From positions 416,001 through 480,000 of the forward strand of contig CBDCWP010000021.1 in NCBI GenBank assembly GCA_965223505.1: a stretch of 64,000 bases of DNA, in the 5' to 3' direction. Position 1 is the first letter of the stretch, and every line of letters begins with the position of its first letter. This document shows positions 36,590 through 44,036 of the stretch, piece after piece. Under the pieces are notes generated by a model. It was given only the letters and a program-made list of their open reading frames with translations. It did no database searches and was not told the DNA's origin. The position numbers and the translations under genes are program-made. The stretch comes from Planctomycetota bacterium. GTDB taxonomy: Bacteria > Planctomycetota > PLA2 > JAEUHO01.

Positions 36590-37322
36590 GGCGACTCCCG
36601 GAGGTTCGATCGAGACGGCCGAGGCTTCGCAGAGCGATGACGCAGCCGATCGCGCTCGCGATCTGGATGGCGCTCAGGAAGAGCCACGTGTCGCGGGGCT
36701 TGATGAACTCGATGCAGAATCGATAGGCGGCGTACGCCGCGATGAACGTGCGGAACAGCGCGCCGTTGGGTCGATCCGGATTGCGGCGAGCGAAGAGCAG
36801 GATGCCCAGCCCCACGAGGAAGACGATGTCGTAGATCTGGGTCGGGTGGCGGGCCACGCCGTCGCCGAAGTCGACGCCCCACGGGAGCGACGTTGCGATC
36901 CCGTGCGTCTTGTCTTCGAGTCCCGTCAGGAAGCAGCCGACGCGCCCGATTGCCATCCCCGTGAGCAGCGGGGCGACGCAGGCGTCCCCTGTGGAGTGAC
37001 GGATGCCCATCGTCTTCTTGGCGACCTCGACCCCGATCCATCCGCCGAGCAGCCCGCCGACGATCGTCTTGCCGGTCAGGAGCATCTCCAGGTTCCACTC
37101 GTCGGGGTGCTCGAGGAACGAGAGCGCCTTCGAGCCGAGCAGCGCGCCGACGATCGCGCCCGCCAGGATCCAAACCGTCTGGTCGGGCGGCACGGCCGCG
37201 CGTGCGTAGCGCTTGCGCGTGGCGAGGTACAGCTGGAAGCCGACCCCGTACGCGAGGACCTCGAACACCGGGTGCGGATGCAGCGTCGTTCCGCAGCACT
37301 CGAGCTCGAAGGGGAATTTCAA
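36573..37322 (-). CDS. prolipoprotein diacylglyceryl transferase (Lgt)-family protein
   Basis: GKTIVGGLLGG, IGRVGCFLTG, HPTQIYD, YRFCIEFIK; overlaps the radical SAM start. Confidence 0.85.
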   Translation of the reverse strand: MKFPFELECCGTTLHPHPVFEVLAYGVGFQLYLATRKRYARAAVPPDQTVWILAGAIVGALLGSKALSFLEHPDEWNLEMLLTGKTIVGGLLGGWIGVEVAKKTMGIRHSTGDACVAPLLTGMAIGRVGCFLTGLEDKTHGIATSLPWGVDFGDGVARHPTQIYDIVFLVGLGILLFARRNPDRPNGALFRTFIAAYAAYRFCIEFIKPRDTWLFLSAIQIASAIGCVIALRSLGRLDRTSGSRHGESA

Positions 37323-37497
37323 CGGACGGCTCCCACGCGCGCCATCCGATCACAACCGTGCGGGCGGCACCACGCCGTTTCCGCGAATCGCATCGATAAG
37401 CGCGGCTGCGTACGCGCCCTCGGGAGCCGCTGGCGCAGGCGGGTTCGGATCGATGACGTCGCTCGCGCCGGTCACGGACGGCGACGCGAGCCCGGGG

Positions 37498-37806
37498 CTA
37501 CTCGCCGCCGAAGCGGTTGCCGACGCGCAGCGGCGCGTCGTTCATCGGCACGTGGCACTGGCGGCACATCGAGCGCTCCTCGTGCGGGGTGACCGGCACG
37601 GCCGAGTCCTTCGCGTGGATCTCACTGTGGCAACGGATGCAGGCCTCTTCCTTGTAGTCCTGGTGCGGCACCATCGGCGGCGCGCCGAACGACGAGACGT
37701 TGGGCGGGGCGGCGTCTTCCGCGCCGAACACCGGCACCAGCAGGAAGCCGACGATCAGAAAGCCGGCGATGACGGCGATGAGCTTGATGCGGTCACTTTG
37801 GTTCAT
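37498..37806 (-). CDS. napB: nitrate reductase diheme cytochrome c subunit, short NapB-like
   Basis: GAPPMVPH, CIRCH, CRQCHVP; directly downstream of napA. Confidence 0.85.
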   Translation of the reverse strand: MNQSDRIKLIAVIAGFLIVGFLLVPVFGAEDAAPPNVSSFGAPPMVPHQDYKEEACIRCHSEIHAKDSAVPVTPHEERSMCRQCHVPMNDAPLRVGNRFGGE

Positions 37807-37815
37807 CGGTCCCTC

Positions 37816-40143
37816 CTAGCTCGCCGCCGCGATCTTGACCGCGCACTTCTTGTAGTCGGGTTGCTTCGACATCGGGTCGATGGCGCCCAGCGTCACACGG
37901 TTGATGAGCCGGTCCTCGTCGAAGAACGGCACGTAGACGTAGCCGCGCGGAACCCGGATGCGCTTGTCGAGCGACACCGGCAACTCCATCTTCCCGCGCC
38001 GCGACGTGATGACGATCCGGGGGCCGCTCTTCTGGATCCCCAGGTCCTTGGCATCGTCGGGGTGCAGCCACGCCAGGGCCTCCGGAACGGTGCGGTGCAG
38101 ATGGGGAACGCGACGCGTCATCGTGCCGGTATGCCAGTGCTCGAGCACGCGACCGGTGCAGAGCCAGAAGGGGTACTCCACGTCAGGCGATTCGGGCGGG
38201 GGTTCGTAGGGCCGTGCCCAGACGACCGCGCGCCCGTTCTTGCGTCCGTAGAACTTGACGCCGTCGGGCGTGTCCTTCGGCACGTAGGGGTCGTACGCGG
38301 CGTTGAATCGCCAGGGCGTCTCCTTGCCGTCGATCACGGGCCAGCGCATGCCGCGCGTCGCCAAGAGCTCCTCGTAGCTCGCGACGTCGTGCTTCGTCCC
38401 GAGCGTGCACTCCCGATATTCGTTGTAGAGGTGCTTCTCGAGATGGTCGTCCCAGGCCTTCGGGAACAGCGTCTCGAACCCCATGCGCCGCGCAACTTCG
38501 ACGTACTGCCAGACGTCGGGCCGCGCGTCGCCGGGCGGGTCGACCAGCTTGGCGAAGTGATGCGTGCGACGCTCGGAGTTGCCGAACATGCCCTCCTTCT
38601 CGACCCACGCGGCCGAGGGCAGGATCAGGTCGGCGGCGGCCGTCGTCTCGGTCGGGTACATGTCCGACACGATGATGAACACGTCGTCGCGGTCCCGCGC
38701 CTCTTCGACGAACCGGTGAAGGTCCGGCATCGATTGGAACGGGTTCGTCGTGTCGACCCAGATCGACTTGATCTTGCCCGCGGCGACCTTGTCCCACATC
38801 GCCTTGGCGTGCGTGAGCGGGCTGTCCTCGGGCGACGGAATCGTGCCGGGCTCGAGGTCCCAGAGCTCCTCCATCTCCTTGCGGTGCTCGGCGTTCATCA
38901 CGACGCGGTCCGACGGGAGCCGGTGCGTGAAGGTGCCGACCTCGCGGCACGTGCCGCAGGCGCTCGGCTGTCCGGTCAACGAGAACGGGCTGTTGCCGGG
39001 CTCGGAGACCTTGCCGGTGAGGAGATGGAGGTTGTGAACGAGGTTGTTGATCCACACACCGCGCGTGTGCTGGTTCATGCCCATCGTCCAGAGCGACGTG
39101 CAGCGCAGCTCCGGGTTCCCATAGTCGGCAGCGAGCTTCTCGATGTTCGCCGCCGAGATGCCGATGTCCGCGGCGACCTTTTCCGGCGCATAGTCGGCGA
39201 GGAAGGCCTCGTAGCCCTCGAGGTCGATGGGGCGGTCCGTCGTTCCGCCGCCGTTCGCCCCGAAGTCGGTCTGCTTGAACTCGAGGTGCGTCTTGACGAA
39301 CGGGGCGTCGATCTTGCCGTCGCGGACGATGCAGTGCGCGATGGCGTTGGCCAGCTTCAGGTCCGTGTGCGGCTCGAAGATGTGCGTCTCGTCGGCGCCT
39401 TCGTCCGTCATGTGCCGGTACGTCTGCAGGCTGATGATGCGCACGTTCGGATCGGCGTGGCGGCGCCGGAGGATCCGGTTGAAGAGCATGGGGTGCATCT
39501 CGGCCATGTTGGCGCCCCACAGGAAGAACCGGTCGGCCGCCTCGAAGTCGTCGTAGCAACCGGGGGGCTCGTCGATGCCGTAGGTCGTGAGATAGCCGAC
39601 GACCGCCGACGCCATGCAGAGGCGCGCATTCGGTTCGATGTTGTTGCTCCGGATGCCGGCCTTCATCCACTTCAGCGCCGCGTAGCCCTCCGGGATGGTC
39701 CACTGGCCCGACCCGAAGAGCGCGACCGCGTCCTTGCCGTGCTCGGCGATGAGGCCCGTCCACCGCTCGGCGATCATGTCGAGGGCTTCGTCCCAGGAAA
39801 TGTCCACGAGCTTGCCGTCCTTGCGCAGCTGCGGCCGGGTCAACCGGTCTTCGCCGTAGAGGACCTGCGCGAGCCCGTAGCCCTTCGTGCAGAGCAGGCC
39901 CTGGTTGACCGGCGCCTTGACGTCGCCGCGAACCGACACGATCTTGCCGTCCTTCACGGCGACCTCCGTGCCGCAACCCGTCCCGCAGAAGCGGCACGGC
40001 GCCTTCGACCAGGTCGCGCCGTCGTCGGACGGCACGGGCGACGAGGGATCGGCGAACAGCCGGTCGACCAGCGAAGGTGCGACGAGCGCGCCTGCGCCGC
40101 CGATGGCCGCGTACTTGATCAGGTCCCGCCGACTCGCATCCAT
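37816..40143 (-). CDS. napA: periplasmic nitrate reductase catalytic subunit
   Basis: Tat SRRDLIK; CRFCGTGC...CTKG [4Fe-4S]; GSGQWT; NARLCMASAV; SLTGQPSACGT; TGRVLEHWHTGTMT; QPDYKKCAV. Confidence 0.95.
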   Translation of the reverse strand: MDASRRDLIKYAAIGGAGALVAPSLVDRLFADPSSPVPSDDGATWSKAPCRFCGTGCGTEVAVKDGKIVSVRGDVKAPVNQGLLCTKGYGLAQVLYGEDRLTRPQLRKDGKLVDISWDEALDMIAERWTGLIAEHGKDAVALFGSGQWTIPEGYAALKWMKAGIRSNNIEPNARLCMASAVVGYLTTYGIDEPPGCYDDFEAADRFFLWGANMAEMHPMLFNRILRRRHADPNVRIISLQTYRHMTDEGADETHIFEPHTDLKLANAIAHCIVRDGKIDAPFVKTHLEFKQTDFGANGGGTTDRPIDLEGYEAFLADYAPEKVAADIGISAANIEKLAADYGNPELRCTSLWTMGMNQHTRGVWINNLVHNLHLLTGKVSEPGNSPFSLTGQPSACGTCREVGTFTHRLPSDRVVMNAEHRKEMEELWDLEPGTIPSPEDSPLTHAKAMWDKVAAGKIKSIWVDTTNPFQSMPDLHRFVEEARDRDDVFIIVSDMYPTETTAAADLILPSAAWVEKEGMFGNSERRTHHFAKLVDPPGDARPDVWQYVEVARRMGFETLFPKAWDDHLEKHLYNEYRECTLGTKHDVASYEELLATRGMRWPVIDGKETPWRFNAAYDPYVPKDTPDGVKFYGRKNGRAVVWARPYEPPPESPDVEYPFWLCTGRVLEHWHTGTMTRRVPHLHRTVPEALAWLHPDDAKDLGIQKSGPRIVITSRRGKMELPVSLDKRIRVPRGYVYVPFFDEDRLINRVTLGAIDPMSKQPDYKKCAVKIAAAS

Positions 40144-40277
40144 ACCGCCCTCCTCGTGGCTTCGACCAGCTTGCGAACTCTACACGCCGCGTGCCCATCC
40201 AAGGGACGAAGGAATGACGCAGCTCGGCCCGAACGCGTGGGGGCCAGTCCCCAGGGATGGGGACCCTTCCGCAGCCG

Positions 40278-41384
40278 CTATGCCTGCTGCATGTGAACCA
40301 CGCGTTGCGGAAAGGGGATCTCGATGCCCTCCTCCGCGAAGCGCTTGTAGAGCATCATGTTGACCTCGTCGAGCGCGCGCCCTTTCAGCTCGGGCTCGGG
40401 AATCCAGCCCCGAAGCTGCAGGTCGATGGCCGAATCGCCGAAGCCGCGGACGCGAACGCTCGGTGCCGGGTCGGCGACCAGATACTGGGACTGATCGGCG
40501 ACCTCGAGGAGGACCTCGCGCACCTTGTCCAGGTCGCTGCCGTAGGCCACGCCGACGGGGACGCGCAGCCGCCGCATCACGAAGCGCCCGCCGGTTTCGT
40601 TCACGATCTTCGTGTTCGCCATGACGCCGTTCGGGATCGTGATCTCGATGTCGTCCCGCGTGCGAATGCGCGTCGAGCGAATGCCGATGTCGGTCACGAC
40701 GCCCCGCTCCCCCGCGCCCGTGATGATGTAGTCGCCGAGCTTGTACGGCGCGTCGGTCAGGATGAAGATGCCCGCGAAGAGGTTCGCCAGCGTGTCCTTG
40801 GCCGCGAAGCCGATCGCGATGCCCAGGATGCCGGCCGACGCGAGCCACGCGGTCACGTTGATGCCCCAGGCGAGCATGATCACGTAGATGGCCCCGCCCA
40901 CGACCAGCAGCTTGGCGACGATCTCGAACAGCGGTAGCGAGCGCGGCTGGATCCAGTTGAAGTCGTCGGCGCGCCGCGCCATCGCGTCCAGGATCGCGTC
41001 GCTGATGCGCATCGACGCCCGCATCCACACCCACGTCCCGATGGTCACGAGGACGGAGACGATGATCCCGATGTAGCGGTCGGCGTCGGCTTTCTCAGCG
41101 GCGACGGCCTCTTTCACGTTCTCGGAGGCATCGTCCGGGGCGGGCGCGACGCCCAGGAAGTCCACGTGCTTCACCGCGAAGCTGACGCCGATGAACAGCA
41201 GCGTGAGGAAGACCGGCCAGCGCAACGCGCTCAACACCTGGTCGTCGACCTGCGTCTTGGTGTGGCCTGTCAGCAACGGTAAGACGCGCGTGATGACGAG
41301 CTGCAGGACGAACGCCGCGACCAGGGAGTACCCGAGGATCTCCCAGGGGTTCAGAGACTCGATCCAGGCGATGAGGTCGTCCAT
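40278..41384 (-). CDS. mechanosensitive ion channel (MscS family)
   Basis: GIAIGFAAKDTLANLFAG, GVVTDIGIRST, VGVAYGSD, IEIPFPQR. Confidence 0.93.
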   Translation of the reverse strand: MDDLIAWIESLNPWEILGYSLVAAFVLQLVITRVLPLLTGHTKTQVDDQVLSALRWPVFLTLLFIGVSFAVKHVDFLGVAPAPDDASENVKEAVAAEKADADRYIGIIVSVLVTIGTWVWMRASMRISDAILDAMARRADDFNWIQPRSLPLFEIVAKLLVVGGAIYVIMLAWGINVTAWLASAGILGIAIGFAAKDTLANLFAGIFILTDAPYKLGDYIITGAGERGVVTDIGIRSTRIRTRDDIEITIPNGVMANTKIVNETGGRFVMRRLRVPVGVAYGSDLDKVREVLLEVADQSQYLVADPAPSVRVRGFGDSAIDLQLRGWIPEPELKGRALDEVNMMLYKRFAEEGIEIPFPQRVVHMQQA

Positions 41385-41604
41385 GACGCGCAATGATCCG
41401 AGCGCCGAGGGACACGCCGGGAACCGCGCGCGATGGCTGTTGGCCGACGAACGAAAGCGTCCAATTCGTGCAGCGCCGCGGTGCTCCCGCCGCTGATTGT
41501 TAAGAACCCTGAACACTTCCCGGTGCCTGGCGGCCGCGGCCGCAAGGCGACCCGAAGGGGCCCTTGCAAACGCCGCGCGAAGCCCTATGACCGGTGCTCC
41601 CTCC

Positions 41605-41979
41605 ATGACGAGCTACCAAGCACGACTGATCTACGATTCGGAGCGTGCCGACGCCCTCGCCGGGCTCCGCGGTTACCGCTCGCGGAATCGGACCATCCTG
41701 TTCGCATGCGAAGCGCTCGGTGTCGACCTCGTCGTGATCCCGAACGGGACCATGGGGCCGTGCCTCGTGCATGGCCAGGTTCGCCGTCCGGATGACGCGC
41801 CGGAAGCGGGCGCGCACGTCGGGTTCGGGAAGGCGTCCGCGGCCCGAACCGATTCGCACGGTCAGTTCTCGACACACTGGCCCCGTCCCGAAGAGCAGCG
41901 CGTCATGAGCATCGTGACCGAACACGAAACCGTCGTCTGCGTGATGCCGGACCTGTCGGAGGACCGGCAGGAGAGCTAG
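41605..41979 (+). CDS. hypothetical protein
   Basis: Coding-like ORF filling the gap between mscS and the Trx/PDZ gene; start uncertain (41587 or 41605). Confidence 0.5.
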   Translation: MTSYQARLIYDSERADALAGLRGYRSRNRTILFACEALGVDLVVIPNGTMGPCLVHGQVRRPDDAPEAGAHVGFGKASAARTDSHGQFSTHWPRPEEQRVMSIVTEHETVVCVMPDLSEDRQES

Positions 41980-41995
41980 GCACAGATCGAGCCGG

Positions 41996-43276
41996 CTACT
42001 CGATCACCTTCAGCGCGACCGTGTCGCGCTTGCCGTTGCGGATGCGCACGACGTCGACCTTGGTTCCGATCTTCTGCGTGAGCCGGAACCAAGCCTGGAA
42101 GTGCTGTTCGCTGTCGAAGTCCTTCTTGCCGGCGACGGAGACGACGACGTCGCCCTTCCGCAGCCCCGCCTGCGCGGCGTTGCGGCCCGTGTACGCGTTG
42201 TCGCCCCACGTGACGAGGTAGCCGATGCGGAACGCGAACTCGTCCGCCGGAATCCCGAGCTGCCGCTTCTGGTCGGGGTTCAACGCGCGCCCGCCGAATC
42301 CGGGCTTGGGTGACTGCGGCCACTTGGCCGCGCGCCAGGCGTACGTCTTCGGCGTCATCTCCTTCCAGCCCTTGCCGAGGCGCAACGTCGCGGTCTTCGA
42401 CGCGTGGCCATTCGTCCACGTGATCTCGAGCGAGGTGGACTTCGCCGGCGCTTCGTGGAGCACCCGTTGCACGTCGCCGAAGGTGCGCACGACGGCGCCG
42501 TTCATCGTCGTGATCCGGTCGCCTGCGACAAGACCTGCATTGGCCGTCGACGACCCGTCCTCGACCGCGCGCACGAGCGTCTGGTCGTCCCGGTGGAGGG
42601 AAAGGCCGGCCTGAATCGGGTCGGGCCACATCCATCGATCGTCCTTCTTGAATCGCTTGGCCTTCATCGCGTCGCGAATGCGGCCTTCGTAGACCATGTG
42701 GCAGTGAAAGCACTCGGGCTTCTTCGAGCGCTGCTTCCAGTGGGGGATGTCCTCGATCACCGACGCCGGTCGCCGCTTCGGTGGCTTGGGGTCCTTCTGA
42801 TAGGCCGCGTGATCGCCGAGGGTGTCGTTCAGGACCTTGACGAAGGCCTCCATCGACAGATGGGACTGGGGGTCGGTCCAGTCGCGTCCTCCGTAGGTGT
42901 GGTAGATCGTGCCGTCCGCGTTCATCAGCAGCGTGCAGAACGTGAGGTCGTAGTGGAAGTCGAAGGTATTGAGGTCCACGCCGAGCATGTTCGTCACGCG
43001 GACGCAGATGTAGTTCTTCGCAGCCTCGGCGAGAGCCTTGGGCGCACGGACAACCTGCCCGTCGAAGGACGCACAGTCCTTTCACGGCTCTCAGCGAAAG
43101 ACGATGAGCAGCGGTTTTCCTTCCTTTCGGGCCTGGTCACGTGCTTCGTCGAGATCAGTGATCCACTCGATGGCGCCCTCCGCGTCGGCGTCGTCGGTGA
43201 GCGGAACGAATGAGAGCCCGATGACCAGCGCGGCGGCGAGTACGGCCGGCGCTGTGCATGCCTGAATGCGACCCAT
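41996..43276 (-). CDS. exported thioredoxin-like/PDZ-domain selenoprotein (Trx7/PDZ-type), UxxU motif U62/U65, 426 aa
   Basis: Signal peptide; IEWITDLDEARDQARKEGKPLLIVFR-TGA(43093-91)-EP-TGA(43084-82)-KDCASFD continues in frame into ORF 41996..42997 (YGGRD, CFHCH, two PDZ-like AGL..GD repeats). Confidence 0.88.
43046..43081 (-). promoter_or_regulatory. tandem SECIS-like hairpins after the UxxU codons
   Basis: AAGGAC-UGUGC-GUCCUU then ACGGGCA-GGU-UGUCCGU. Confidence 0.55.
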
Positions 43277-43345
43277 GAACGACCTCCTCCCGCGGCAGTC
43301 TATCCGTTGCGCCCGGGACCCGGACTTCCGCTAGTCTCTTGCCCC

Positions 43346-43951
43346 ATGGCCAGCTGGGATCCTCGCGAAGCGCCGCCGCCGCCCGAAGGCGACACCTATC
43401 ACCTCACGGCGTTCGTCACCCGCGGCCACGGCCGCCGGGGGTTCAACGAGCGCAAGGCCCACGCGTACTTCGGCATGGAGGTGCGCAAGGACGGCGACGT
43501 CATCTGGCGGCGCGTCTTCTCCTGGATGCGCGGCGGCGGCAAGACGGGTTGGGACGCCTTCAGCAACGACGGCATGCACGCGATGCCGGAGGCCTACGGG
43601 TTGCCCCGCCGCGCGCACGACGGGTTTCGCACGTGGGACGTGGACCGCGCCGGTTTCGTCGCGTGCTTCGAGACGCTTCGGCACGCGATCGAGCACAAGC
43701 GTTACAGACTGCTGATCTACAACTGTATCCACTTCGCGTGGGCGTTGTTGGGGGCGGCAGGTGTGCAGCCCGCGCGGCCGCCGGACGCCGACGAGCGCGT
43801 CGAGATTCGTGCTCCGGCCGTGGCGGCGCAGAGCGGTCTGGGGCCGTCTCCGCCGGTCTGGCCGTTCACGATGCGGCGATTGACGCGCCGTTGGCACCTG
43901 GCGTCCGTCGACCGGCAGCCGATTCCGAAGAACGTGGGTGACGATGGCTGA
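43346..43951 (+). CDS. hypothetical protein, possible permuted papain-like (His...Asn-Cys) enzyme
   Basis: AHAYFG and YRLLIYNCIHFA resemble the PPPDE/LRAT-like catalytic order. Confidence 0.55.
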   Translation: MASWDPREAPPPPEGDTYHLTAFVTRGHGRRGFNERKAHAYFGMEVRKDGDVIWRRVFSWMRGGGKTGWDAFSNDGMHAMPEAYGLPRRAHDGFRTWDVDRAGFVACFETLRHAIEHKRYRLLIYNCIHFAWALLGAAGVQPARPPDADERVEIRAPAVAAQSGLGPSPPVWPFTMRRLTRRWHLASVDRQPIPKNVGDDG

Positions 43952-44036
43952 GTCGTAGGGACGACCCTGGTGGTCGCCCAACCGATCGACGCGCGGCTGG
44001 CGGTGGATACGCGGTTGGGCCGCCACAAGGGCTGCC

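Noticed and set aside
37213..40296. Very long antisense ORFs (also 28746..31751, 44577..46658, 8125..10002 and others)
   Set aside because: Shadow frames of real high-GC genes on the opposite strand, with no recognisable motifs.
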